Below, piece by piece: positions 9,084-18,719 of a DNA stretch of 64,000 nucleotides; within the stretch, counting starts at the first letter, position 1; each line of letters starts with the position of its first letter. This DNA comes from a virus. Its lineage: Duplodnaviria > Caudoviricetes. Below the pieces are notes generated by a model that did not search any database, had not been told where the DNA came from, and saw only the letters and a list, made by a program, of their open reading frames with translations. The DNA is taken from the IMG/VR virus record IMGVR_UViG_3300048582_000168, positions 1,306-65,305 of that record; one strand, written 5' to 3'. The translations under genes and the position numbers were made by a program.

Positions 9084-12000
9084 ATGAACGCTCCGGTCGA
9101 CCGCCGCCTCCCCGCCAAGCGCGCCAAGGCGGCGCTGGCAGGCCTCGAACTTGCCACGGCCATGGCCCGGACGACGGTCGCCAAGAGCATCGAACCGAAA
9201 CCCCTCTACGTCCGCCGCGACCTGTTGAACGCAGCCGATCTGGTGGCGTGGGCAAAGCGGGCAGGGATCCCGAACATCGTCGCCCCGAGCGAGATGCACG
9301 TCACGGTGTGCTACAGCCGCGCCCCGGTGGACTGGATGGCCATCGGCAACGATTACCGCGACACGGTCATCGTCGGGAAGGGCGGCCCCCGGGCTCTTGC
9401 TCGGTTCGGCAAGACGGACGCCAAGGTGGCGGTGCTGGCCTTCGCCTCGAGCGACCTCGAGTGGCGGCACCGCGAGATGATCGAGCGCGGCGCGTCGTTC
9501 GACTACACGACCTACCGCCCGCACGTCACCATCGGCCTGAACCTGCCCCCGGATTTCGACCTCGATGCGGTGGAGCCCTACCAAGGCGCCCTGCGGTTCG
9601 GTCCCGAGGTGTTCCAAGAGATTGACGATGATTTCACGGTGCGCATGGCCAAGGCAGGCTGGTCGATGCAGCCCCGCGTCCCCAGCGGCCCCAAGGGCGG
9701 CCAGTGGACCGCAGGCGGCTACGGCGGCGGCGCGCTGGCAGTCCCGGTGGCCCCGAAGCTGACCCTGCCGTGGCTTGGGCAGGACGACGTGGCAACCCAT
9801 CGGTTCAAGGGAGACCCGCAACAGGCGGCCTTCATGAAGCCGATGAAGGAAAGCGAGATGACCGGCCAGCCCGCGTGGCTGGGCAATGACGAAGGCATCG
9901 TCCTGAAGAACCCCCAGAAGCCGACCTCGCCCGAGAACAATGACAACCCCGATGATCGGGCAACCTTCGTCGCCGGGCACTCCCCGGGCGAGGGGCTGAA
10001 CGGCGTCCCGTTCAAGCCGTGGGATGGGCCCGAGGGCGGCGACTGGGCCAAGGTCGGCGGCACGGGCGACTTCGATGAGCCGGACCTGCCCGCGACCAAG
10101 GGCAAGCGTCTGGGCGCGGGCGTGGTCATCACCGAACCCGACGGGCGGGTGTGGACCCTGACCCCGACAAACCACTTCGGCGGCTATTTCGAGACCCTGC
10201 CGAAGGGCGGGATCGAGCCCGGCCTGAACCTGCGCCAGACGGCGATCAAGGAAGCGTGGGAGGAAAGCGGCCTGCAGGTCAGGCTGACCGGCTACATCGG
10301 CGACTTCGAACGCAACACCAGCGTCGCGCGCTACTACCGGGCAGAGCGGATCGGCGGCGACCCGACCGATTACCACTGGGAGACGGCGGCGTCGCACCTC
10401 GTGCCGATGGACGACCTCGACGACGCCTTGCATCATGTGAACGACAAGCCCATACTTGCCAGACTGAAAGGTGAATCGGACACGGTCATCAAGCTGGCAC
10501 TCGGCTTCGCAGACCTCGTCGAACTGCTGGGAGACATCGTTGAAAAGGGCAAGGCTTGGTCATCCCAGCCGCGCGTCCCTTCCGGCTTCCCCACGGGAGG
10601 CCGCTGGATGAAGGGCGGCTATGGCGGCGGCGGGTGGGGCGGCATGTTCGCAGAGAACGCGACCGCTCTGACCCTGCAGAAGCACGGCGGCACCGGCCCT
10701 CAGTCCGAGGCGCTGAACGCCAAGATCAAGATGTTCGAAGACGCGGCAAACCAAGGCTACGTCCACCCGGCAGCCCAGAAACTGATCCTGAAGCCGAAGC
10801 CTGCCCAGACCTACAGCGCGGCAGCGTGGGAGAGCGCGAACGAAGCCGCGACCTACGTCCACGCGATGAAGGGGATGGGCAAGAAGTTTGCAGGCGCCTC
10901 GATGGGGCTCGGCAGCGGCACGACGAAGCCCGCCAAGCCGAAGGCGCCGGACGCGGACCTCTACACCCAGCCCATCGGCACCTTCAAGGATCCGATGAAG
11001 TTGTCGGACATGACCAAGGTCGGCGCGAAGCCGGGCGGGTCGGCAGCCGGTGCGCTTTACAAGGATGCGGCGGGCGACACTTGGATGGTGAAGTCCTACG
11101 ACACCGCCGGGATGGCCTTCAACGAAGTGACGGCGGCCAAACTCTACGGGATGATGGGCGTCGCCGTTCCCGAGATGAAGCTGATCAATCTCGGCGAGGC
11201 GCACAAGGGCGGCATCGGCGTGGCGTCCAAGATGATGGACCTGAAGCCGTTCGACCAGAACAATGCCGCGCACGTCAAGGCAGCGCAGGAAGACTTCGCA
11301 GCGCACGCGCTGATGGCGAACTGGGATGCCGTCGGCCTGTCGTTCGACAACCTGATGATCGACGCGACGACCGGCAAGACGGTCATGGTCGACCCCGGCG
11401 GATCGATGCTCTACCGCGCCCAAGGCGGCCTGAAAGGCGATGCCTTCAAGAGCAACGTCACCGAACTCGACACCTTGCGCGACGCGACCAAGAACCCGAC
11501 CGCCGCGAAGGTGTTCGGCAAGATGACGCAGGAACAGATCGTCAACAGCATGCAGAAGGCCCTCGCGGGTCTGGGCGAGACCGACGAACTGGGCGGCACC
11601 ATCCTGAAGCAGGAAGCCGTCAGCGCCATGGTGAACCATTGGGATAAGGCCCAAAACACCACGATGACGAACCTCCAACTGAAGATGGAGGACCGGGTGA
11701 TGGACATGTCCGTCAAGGCGAAAGCCATGACGGCAGACTTCGCCTCGACGGCCAGCCTCGACATTGCGACCACCGGCACGACCAAGGACGGTTTCGCGCA
11801 CCCGGACCCGAACGTCCAGATGCTGGCCAACCTGCATGATGCGAAGAACCTCGACACGGTCATTCAGGCGCAGACCATCGAGGCCATGAACTTCGAAGCC
11901 AAGATGACGGGGTCGTCCGCGAACTTTTACAGTCAGAAGCTGGAAAAGGCGTCGAAGGCGGCCTTCGCAGGCGACACGACGGGCGTCGCGGCGACCTTCT

Positions 12001-13838
12001 ATGTCCCGACCTCGACCAAGGCCAAGCTGTCGGCGAACTACGGGCTCTACAAACAGGCATTCAAGAGCGTCCAGAGCGTCGGTGAAGCGCAGGCCGCCCT
12101 CAAGCTGCAGGACGCGGCAAAGGCAGGCGACGGCGGGCTGGTGACCGGAGCAAACAAGGTGACCCCGGCAAACGTCACCATGGCCCTGAAAGAGAGCGGG
12201 ATGACCGCGCCCGGGACGAACATGCTTCACCCGGACTGGGCGGCGAAGGGCGACCCGACGAACCTCGGAGCCCAGATCGAAGCGGCCAACCTTGCAGAGA
12301 CGGCGGCGTCGAGCGTGCCGAAACCGGCAGCCCAGCCGGTGCTGACGGTCCCGACCGCCATGCCGGTCATGCCGAAACTGTCGTCGCCCGCGAACCCGAA
12401 CCTGAAGCTGAACGCGCTGGCAAACGAGATCGCCAAGATCGCGACATCCGGGGAGCCGGACGCGGCGGTGAAGGTTCAGGCCCTCTCGGCCATGATCAAG
12501 GGCAGCAACAGCTTCTCGATGAAGGCCAAGACCTATGCCGCGAACGTCGTCGCGGCCCTTGGCGGGCAGGCGGCCATCGACGCCACCCCGGCGGCCCCGA
12601 AGAAAAAGGCCCAAGAGGCGGCGATCAGCATCGGCGCGGATGCCCTGACCGGCAAGACCGCGAAGACGGTCAACCTGCCCGACGGGTCGAAGGTCGAGAC
12701 CTATACGACCGGCGGGGTGATCTACGAAAAGACCACCTCCATCGTCCAGTTTGACGCCAAGGGCATCCCCGAGCCGCCGAACTTCGCGGCCTTCAACGGT
12801 GGCAACCCTCTGTCGTCCAAGCCCGAGGTGAACGACGCGAACAACGCCAGCGTGCAGGCCCTCTACGCCAAGGCGATGAAGAACGACATCAAGGGCCTGA
12901 TGGAACTCGACATCACGGTCCCGGGCTACGCCAGCCTGCCGGACAGCGTGAAACAGAGCCTCCCCGGCGGCGCGAACAAGCACGTCTCGGGCTACAAGTC
13001 GCACCTGATCGGCTACCTGCAGAGCGTCGGTCAGGCGATCACGACCGAGAAGGTGATCGGCTTCGAAGGCGGCGGGTCGATTGGCAGCGCGATGGCCGGG
13101 ATTTCGGCCAAATTCAAGTCCAAGGGCCCGTGGACGCCCGGCGCGTCGAAGATCGGCGGCTACATCAAGAGCGGGTCGGTCGGCGGCGCACAGGCGAAGG
13201 CGTTCTGGGACAGCCTGCCGATGACCGTCCTGAAGCCCAACACGGCGCTGGCGGGCAAGCTGAAGGACATGACCTACAGCCAACCCGTGAAGGCTCAGAA
13301 GGCCATGAAGGCGCACGTCAGCGGCAAGAGCGACGCCGGGTGGTCGCAGATGCAGGCGGCCCTCTTCACCGGCAAGAAAGGGGACAAGCTGTTCGACACC
13401 GCCATGCAGAACGCGAAAGACCTGAGCGAAGGTGTCTACGAGATGCCGCCGGGGCTGGTGGTCGGGCGGAAAATCCCGGCCTACGCCAGCGTGAAGGAAT
13501 GGCAGGCGTCCCTTGGCGACGTGCTGAACATCCCGGCCCTGTCGTCGACCTCGATCATGCCGGGGGTCTGGTATGGCGAGGTGGCGCTGAAGATGAAGTT
13601 TGCGCCGGGGGCGAAGGCTGCCTATGTCGGCCACACCGACAAGGCGACGAAGACCTCGTCCGTCGGACAGATCGGGCTCGGCAGCGAACACGAGATCATC
13701 CTGCCGAAAAACACCAAGATCATCCCGGTCAAGGTCTACACCAGCGACGGAAATGACGACTTCTTCGGCAACAGCATGAAGGGGAAGACCATCGTCGAGG
13801 TGCTTGTCATCGGCAACGATGATCCGGAAATTCACTGA
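9084..13838 (+). CDS. Polyvalent virion-module protein: 2H phosphoesterase (Acb1-like), Nudix hydrolase, kinase-like domain, ADP-ribosyltransferase
   Basis: Two HVT motifs (MHVTVCYS, PHVTIG). Nudix box GGIEPGLNLRQTAIKEAWEESGL. Kinase-like WMVK/NEV/NWDAVG..DNL/VDPGG. ART triad GRK...STS...EHE. Confidence 0.75.
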   Translation: MNAPVDRRLPAKRAKAALAGLELATAMARTTVAKSIEPKPLYVRRDLLNAADLVAWAKRAGIPNIVAPSEMHVTVCYSRAPVDWMAIGNDYRDTVIVGKGGPRALARFGKTDAKVAVLAFASSDLEWRHREMIERGASFDYTTYRPHVTIGLNLPPDFDLDAVEPYQGALRFGPEVFQEIDDDFTVRMAKAGWSMQPRVPSGPKGGQWTAGGYGGGALAVPVAPKLTLPWLGQDDVATHRFKGDPQQAAFMKPMKESEMTGQPAWLGNDEGIVLKNPQKPTSPENNDNPDDRATFVAGHSPGEGLNGVPFKPWDGPEGGDWAKVGGTGDFDEPDLPATKGKRLGAGVVITEPDGRVWTLTPTNHFGGYFETLPKGGIEPGLNLRQTAIKEAWEESGLQVRLTGYIGDFERNTSVARYYRAERIGGDPTDYHWETAASHLVPMDDLDDALHHVNDKPILARLKGESDTVIKLALGFADLVELLGDIVEKGKAWSSQPRVPSGFPTGGRWMKGGYGGGGWGGMFAENATALTLQKHGGTGPQSEALNAKIKMFEDAANQGYVHPAAQKLILKPKPAQTYSAAAWESANEAATYVHAMKGMGKKFAGASMGLGSGTTKPAKPKAPDADLYTQPIGTFKDPMKLSDMTKVGAKPGGSAAGALYKDAAGDTWMVKSYDTAGMAFNEVTAAKLYGMMGVAVPEMKLINLGEAHKGGIGVASKMMDLKPFDQNNAAHVKAAQEDFAAHALMANWDAVGLSFDNLMIDATTGKTVMVDPGGSMLYRAQGGLKGDAFKSNVTELDTLRDATKNPTAAKVFGKMTQEQIVNSMQKALAGLGETDELGGTILKQEAVSAMVNHWDKAQNTTMTNLQLKMEDRVMDMSVKAKAMTADFASTASLDIATTGTTKDGFAHPDPNVQMLANLHDAKNLDTVIQAQTIEAMNFEAKMTGSSANFYSQKLEKASKAAFAGDTTGVAATFYVPTSTKAKLSANYGLYKQAFKSVQSVGEAQAALKLQDAAKAGDGGLVTGANKVTPANVTMALKESGMTAPGTNMLHPDWAAKGDPTNLGAQIEAANLAETAASSVPKPAAQPVLTVPTAMPVMPKLSSPANPNLKLNALANEIAKIATSGEPDAAVKVQALSAMIKGSNSFSMKAKTYAANVVAALGGQAAIDATPAAPKKKAQEAAISIGADALTGKTAKTVNLPDGSKVETYTTGGVIYEKTTSIVQFDAKGIPEPPNFAAFNGGNPLSSKPEVNDANNASVQALYAKAMKNDIKGLMELDITVPGYASLPDSVKQSLPGGANKHVSGYKSHLIGYLQSVGQAITTEKVIGFEGGGSIGSAMAGISAKFKSKGPWTPGASKIGGYIKSGSVGGAQAKAFWDSLPMTVLKPNTALAGKLKDMTYSQPVKAQKAMKAHVSGKSDAGWSQMQAALFTGKKGDKLFDTAMQNAKDLSEGVYEMPPGLVVGRKIPAYASVKEWQASLGDVLNIPALSSTSIMPGVWYGEVALKMKFAPGAKAAYVGHTDKATKTSSVGQIGLGSEHEIILPKNTKIIPVKVYTSDGNDDFFGNSMKGKTIVEVLVIGNDDPEIH

Positions 13839-14338
13839 TGGAGGATGGCATGACGCCTGACTGGATTGCGCCGGACATGCCCTTCGGGCTGCCGCGCGGA
13901 GACGACCGCGACTATTACCTCGGCAGCCCGGCGGTGATCGAGGCGCTGATCCGCAACACGATGGCGAAGATCTATGCCGACCGCGAGCGGGCGGACAGCG
14001 GAGCCGAGCCGGAGAACGGCCCGGACTTCGTGCGGGTGCTGATCGACAACGCCGTGCAGATCCTGCTGGGGCGGCAGAACCGCTACCTGCCCGTGAGCGA
14101 CGTCTGGAACGCCGATGACCCGGGCTCGGGCATCGTTCGCAGCGTCGAGGCGCACTACGGCCTGTCGGGGCAGACCCCGGCGGAGACCATCGGCTTCCCG
14201 TTCTACATGCTGCTGGAAACGGCAATGATGGCCGAAGACCTCGAGGCCGCAGGCGAGGATTGGGAACACCTGATCGACGGCGACGTCGAAAAGGCGGTCG
14301 CGGCCTTTCTTGGCACCCCGCCGGACGACCGCGTTTAA
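13838..14338 (+). CDS. Acidic hypothetical protein coupled to the polyvalent gene
   Basis: TGATG overlap; Asp/Glu-rich, 166 aa. Confidence 0.6.
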   Translation: MEDGMTPDWIAPDMPFGLPRGDDRDYYLGSPAVIEALIRNTMAKIYADRERADSGAEPENGPDFVRVLIDNAVQILLGRQNRYLPVSDVWNADDPGSGIVRSVEAHYGLSGQTPAETIGFPFYMLLETAMMAEDLEAAGEDWEHLIDGDVEKAVAAFLGTPPDDRV

Positions 14339-14407
14339 CAGAACGTTTTTTCTTGCCTTGCTTGTGCAAGCAATGGTGAAACCGTCGCACACAGAAGCGG
14401 CGGACGA

Positions 14408-14821
14408 ATGGACGACTTCAAGATCAACGTGGACTTTGCCAAGGCGGCCCGGGATCCGGACCGTCGGCTGGTGGGCGGATACGCCTACGTCAGCAAGGCG
14501 AAGGGCACGCTCTTGCACGACACGCAAGGCGACGCCATCGACCCGGAAGACCTGCGCGAGGCGGTCCACGAATTCATGAAAAGCGGGCGGACGATGGGCG
14601 TGATGCACATCCCCGGCCCGGACGGCAAGCCGATTGCCGGTGGCGAGATCGTCGAGATGGCAGTCCTCGCCGGAGACTTCCGCCCCCCGCACATGAGCGC
14701 AGACGTCGACGCCCTCTGGGTGGTCGCCAAGGTCCACGACCAGCTTGTCTGGGACATGATCAAGGACGGCACCCTCGCGGCGTTTTCGATTGGCGGCAAA
14801 GGCACGAGGACACCGGTATGA
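14408..14821 (+). CDS. XkdF-like prohead serine protease
   Basis: RRLVGGYAYV, DTQGD, GVMH, W..IKDGTLAAFSIGG. Confidence 0.8.
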   Translation: MDDFKINVDFAKAARDPDRRLVGGYAYVSKAKGTLLHDTQGDAIDPEDLREAVHEFMKSGRTMGVMHIPGPDGKPIAGGEIVEMAVLAGDFRPPHMSADVDALWVVAKVHDQLVWDMIKDGTLAAFSIGGKGTRTPV

Positions 14822-15591
14822 CCCAGAAACGCTACCGGCTGACCAAGCTGCGCCTGAACGAGATTTCCATTGTCGACGCGGGGGCAGACCCGAACGCCGT
14901 CGTGACGATTTTCAAGCGGGATGACCGCAGTAACGGAGGGAAACCGATGACCGATCTGGAAAAGATGGTCGCGCAAATGGGGGAGGCGACGAAGACCATC
15001 GCTGACCTTCAGGCGAGCGTGACCAAAGCCAATGCGGACAGCGCAACGAAGGACGCGACCATCGCGGACCTTCAGAAGCGTCTGGCCGTGGCTGAAGCCG
15101 CCAAGGGCTCCGGCGCCGACGACGAAGACCCCATCCTGAAGGCCGCCGACCCTCTGGTCGCAGCCGAGATCGTCAAGCTGCGCAAGGCCAATGCGGCTGC
15201 CGCGAAGCAACTGGCGCAACTCGATGAGGAACGCGAGATCAAGAAGGTCGCGACCCAGATCGAGACCGACATGCGCGGTCTTCCGGTCAAGGCCGCCGAC
15301 TTCGCCCCCATCCTGAAGCGCGCCATGGGCGCCATGGATGAGGCCGACAGCAAGGAACTGGTGCGCGTCCTCAAGGCGGCATCGAACACGGTCGAGGACG
15401 CGATGCGGTCCACCGGCCTGCCTGCACACCTCGTGCAGAAAAGCAATGCCGAGGCCGAGATCGAAGAACTCGCCAAGGCGAAACAGAAGGCTGAGAACAT
15501 CACCTTCGCCAAGGCTTACGATCAGGTTCTGGCACAGAACCCGGCACTCTACAGCCGGTTCCTTGCCGAGCGTGATCAGGCCATGAACTGA
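14818..15591 (+). CDS. Capsid scaffolding protein
   Basis: N-terminal LNEISIVDAGADPNA, then coiled coil; internal GGAGG-ATG at 14947; lies upstream of the capsid genes. Confidence 0.7.
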   Translation: MTQKRYRLTKLRLNEISIVDAGADPNAVVTIFKRDDRSNGGKPMTDLEKMVAQMGEATKTIADLQASVTKANADSATKDATIADLQKRLAVAEAAKGSGADDEDPILKAADPLVAAEIVKLRKANAAAAKQLAQLDEEREIKKVATQIETDMRGLPVKAADFAPILKRAMGAMDEADSKELVRVLKAASNTVEDAMRSTGLPAHLVQKSNAEAEIEELAKAKQKAENITFAKAYDQVLAQNPALYSRFLAERDQAMN

Positions 15592-15604
15592 GGGAGGGTT
15601 CACA

Positions 15605-15952
15605 ATGGCACTTCAGGAAGGCATTCAGGCCGTATCCTACGAAGCGGGCTCCGCGCTGGAGCAATTCGTCTTCGTAAAGGCATCGACCACGAAGCCCCGG
15701 ACCGCCGATCTGGCGACCGACGTCGATGACAACATCATCGGCGTCACCCTGATCAATGCGCTGGAGGCAGGTCATGCCGTCGGCGTGGTGATCGGCGGCA
15801 TCGCCAAAGTCCGGGCAGGCGGCCCCGTCGCCATCGGCGCCATGGTGGGAGCGAACGCGAACGGTGAAGCCGTCGCGGGCGGGACCGCCGGAACCGCAAT
15901 CGTCGGAGCGACGGTCGCGGGCGAGATCATCGAAGTCCAGCTTGCAGTCTGA
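15605..15952 (+). CDS. Capsid cement/decoration protein (DUF2190-like)
   Basis: 115 aa, Gly/Ala/Val-rich (GIAKVRAGGPVAIG), directly before the major capsid gene. Confidence 0.7.
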   Translation: MALQEGIQAVSYEAGSALEQFVFVKASTTKPRTADLATDVDDNIIGVTLINALEAGHAVGVVIGGIAKVRAGGPVAIGAMVGANANGEAVAGGTAGTAIVGATVAGEIIEVQLAV

Positions 15953-15966
15953 GGGAGGACGCACAA

Positions 15967-16989
15967 ATGCTTAATGTCGCACAGGCGTCCGGGGTCGTTC
16001 GCAAGACCATCACCCCCTCCGACGTCCACGTTAACCGCCCGCTGACCAATATCAGCTTGGCGATGATGCAAGCCGCATCGATGTTCGTCTCCGACCGCAT
16101 TTTCCCGCGCGTTCCGGTGATGAAGCAGTCCGACCTTTACATCGTGTATCCGCACGGTGACTGGAACCGGGATGAGATGAAGAAGCGCGCACCCTCCACC
16201 GAGACGGCGGGCGGCGGCTACAACATCGAGATGCAGCCCTACTACTGCCCGGTCTGGGGCGTTCACCGCGATGTGGATGACCAGCTTCGTGCGAACGCTG
16301 ACGAACCGATCAACGTCGACCGCGAGGCGACGATGTGGGTGACCCAGAAGGGCCTCATCCGCCGGGAAGTCGAATTCGCGACGAAATACTTCACCCCGGG
16401 CGCGTGGACGAACTACGTTCAGGGCGTCTCCGGCACTCCGGCTGCGGGTGAATTCCTGCAGTGGAATGACGCGGCCTCGGAACCCGTGAAGGACATCAAG
16501 CGGTGGCGGGATCAATTCCTCCTCCGCAACGGCGTCGCCGCGAACGTCCTCCTGCTCGGCCACGAGACCTACACGGCACTGACCGAGAACGACGCGATCA
16601 TCGACCGGATCAAGTATGGCCAGACGCCCGGTGCGCCTGCCATGGTGACCCGGCAGGCTCTGGCCGCGCTGTTCGAAATCGACCGCATCGAAGTCATGTC
16701 GGCCATCGTCAACACCGCGCCCGAAGGCGTGCCGCACTCGAACGCCTTCATCGGCAATTCGAAAGGCGCGCTGCTGGTCCACGCGGCACCGACCCCCGGC
16801 CTGATGACCCCGTCGGCAGGCTACAGCTTCGTCTGGGCAGGCTATGCGGGCGCGGGCGAATACGGCCAGCGGGTGTCGTCCTTCCGGATGGACCCGATCC
16901 GGTCCGACCGCTTCGAACTGGAACTGGCGTTCACCCACGAGAAAGTGGCGGACGATCTGGGCCTGTTCATCGAAGACGCCATCGCCTGA
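15967..16989 (+). CDS. Major capsid protein
   Basis: 340 aa; VNRPLTNISL, IFPRVPV, PSAGYSF; strong RBS; followed by a terminator. Confidence 0.85.
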   Translation: MLNVAQASGVVRKTITPSDVHVNRPLTNISLAMMQAASMFVSDRIFPRVPVMKQSDLYIVYPHGDWNRDEMKKRAPSTETAGGGYNIEMQPYYCPVWGVHRDVDDQLRANADEPINVDREATMWVTQKGLIRREVEFATKYFTPGAWTNYVQGVSGTPAAGEFLQWNDAASEPVKDIKRWRDQFLLRNGVAANVLLLGHETYTALTENDAIIDRIKYGQTPGAPAMVTRQALAALFEIDRIEVMSAIVNTAPEGVPHSNAFIGNSKGALLVHAAPTPGLMTPSAGYSFVWAGYAGAGEYGQRVSSFRMDPIRSDRFELELAFTHEKVADDLGLFIEDAIA

Positions 16990-17020
16990 CGCGGGACACC
17001 CCGCGTCGGACCATTACGGG

Positions 17021-17058
17021 CCCGGCAGGCAGGAGCGGCCTGCTTGCCGGGCTCTTTC
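17021..17058 (+). terminator. Intrinsic terminator after the major capsid gene
   Basis: CCCGGCAGGCAGG / CCTGCTTGCCGGG stem followed by CTCTTT. Confidence 0.6.
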
Positions 17059-17077
17059 ATTCAAGGGAGAGCCGACC

Positions 17078-17626
17078 ATGGAAGCACAGATCACGACCCG
17101 CTACCGCGCCAAATACGCGGTCACCATCATGGGTAAGGGTTACGCGCCCGGCGACGAGATTGTCGACCCGGGGATCGACGGCAAGGTGCTGCGGCGCCTC
17201 GCGGACAATGGGCGGGTCATTCTGGTCCCGCACGTTCACGTCCCGGCCCCGATGCAGGCAGGCGAATTCGGTGACGACGACCTCGATGACGACGAAGATG
17301 ACGACGACAAGCCCGAGGGAGACGCGCCAGCGGCCCCTGTGGCCCCGGCAGAGGGCGGTGAGCCCGCAGACGTCGAAGGCGTCGCGGTGGCCGCCGTTAA
17401 GGCTGCAGCGGCCCCTGTGGCGGCCAAGGGCCCCATTCTCACCGGGTCCGCGCTGAACGTGGCGTGGAAGGCGGCCTTCGCCAAGCACCGCGAGAACGGG
17501 GAGACCCTGAAGGGCTACCTGCAGCGCGTCCTGCAGGAACATCAGATCAAGGCGAACGGCCCGGTTCAGGAACTGGTCAACCGTCTCGCCAGCGCAGGAG
17601 TGCAGCCGGGTGTCGCTGGTCATTGA
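17078..17626 (+). CDS. Hypothetical virion-associated protein
   Basis: GGAG RBS; acidic linker; lies between the capsid and adaptor genes. Confidence 0.55.
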   Translation: MEAQITTRYRAKYAVTIMGKGYAPGDEIVDPGIDGKVLRRLADNGRVILVPHVHVPAPMQAGEFGDDDLDDDEDDDDKPEGDAPAAPVAPAEGGEPADVEGVAVAAVKAAAAPVAAKGPILTGSALNVAWKAAFAKHRENGETLKGYLQRVLQEHQIKANGPVQELVNRLASAGVQPGVAGH

Positions 17627-18332
17627 AACCGGACAGGGCGTCGCGGACGCCAACAGCTTCGTCACGGTGGCGGAAGCCGACCGCTGGCTGGCGGCCATGG
17701 GCGACGAACTCTGGTCGACCCTCGATGAGCCCACGAAAGAGCGGCACCTTGTCCAAGGTGCCCTCTACGTCTCGAACGGGCAAATCTACTACTTCAGCGG
17801 CGGGCGCGCGACGGTCGAACAGACCCTCGCATGGCCTCGCGTCGGCGGGCGTTACCGCAACGGCGGCCCGACCGTCCCGAGCGACAAGATCCCGAACGAT
17901 GTGAAGCTGGCCCAGATCGTCGCGGCCAAGGCGAGCGCCTACGGGTTCCTGCCGGTCACCACGGGCGGCGGCGGCGGCGAATTCGAGAACGGCAGGCGGC
18001 GTGCCGAAGTGCAAACGGAAAAGGTCGGCGACCTGTCGGTCACCTATTTCGACCCGCTCCGCAACTCATCCAAGGGAGAGGCCGCAATCCCTCCCCCCTT
18101 GGGCGGGGGTGCCGTGACGGACCTCGGCCTCCCAGCCGTCACCGGCATCCTCGCACCCCTCCTGAACGAAGACATCTACATGCCCGGGCGCCCGCCTATC
18201 GTGGGCCCCAGCTTCGCCCGTCCGACCCCGCGCAACTTCTCGCACGGGATGAACGACGCGGACATCGGCGGGGCGGCAGGGCTGCCAAACACGGCTGGAA
18301 TGCGCGCCATCCGCGCGATGATGGGGGACTGA
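17610..18332 (+). CDS. Head-tail adaptor (DnaT-like family)
   Basis: MSLVIETGQGVADANSFVTVAEAD, QTLAWPR, EKVGDLSVTY. Confidence 0.75.
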   Translation: MSLVIETGQGVADANSFVTVAEADRWLAAMGDELWSTLDEPTKERHLVQGALYVSNGQIYYFSGGRATVEQTLAWPRVGGRYRNGGPTVPSDKIPNDVKLAQIVAAKASAYGFLPVTTGGGGGEFENGRRRAEVQTEKVGDLSVTYFDPLRNSSKGEAAIPPPLGGGAVTDLGLPAVTGILAPLLNEDIYMPGRPPIVGPSFARPTPRNFSHGMNDADIGGAAGLPNTAGMRAIRAMMGD

Positions 18333-18338
18333 CCGGCG

Positions 18339-18719
18339 ATGCCGAACTATGACCGCATGCGCGAGACCGCAGAGAGGCTGATCGCCTCTTTCGGGTCGGG
18401 CACGGTCGTGACGCTGGTCCAGTTTGACAGGGCGGCCTTCGACCCGATCACCTCCGCACAGGCGGTGACCGAGATCCCGCACGCGGTGGTGGGCGTCTTC
18501 TTGAACCGGGGGCCAGACCTCACCATGCAGGCGGACCTTCTCTACCGCGACAACCGCCGCATCCTCCTGCCAGCCAAGGGGATGCCGGTGGACCCCAAGC
18601 CGGGCGACGCCATCGACTGGCCGGGCGACGGGCGATGGACGGTGACGGACGTGAAGACGACCGCGCCGGATGGAAAGCCGATCTACCACGACTGCCGGGT
18701 CCGAAAGGAAGCCGCATGA
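18339..18719 (+). CDS. Head closure/head-tail joining protein
   Basis: YDRMRETAERLIASFG...PKPGD; position in the neck module. Confidence 0.65.
   Translation: MPNYDRMRETAERLIASFGSGTVVTLVQFDRAAFDPITSAQAVTEIPHAVVGVFLNRGPDLTMQADLLYRDNRRILLPAKGMPVDPKPGDAIDWPGDGRWTVTDVKTTAPDGKPIYHDCRVRKEAA

Noticed and set aside
10560-14390. 1276-aa minus-strand ORF and other long antisense ORFs (e.g. 3238-5205, 19497-21509, 40385-42181)
   Set aside because: Shadow frames of GC-rich genes whose opposite strand carries clear motifs.
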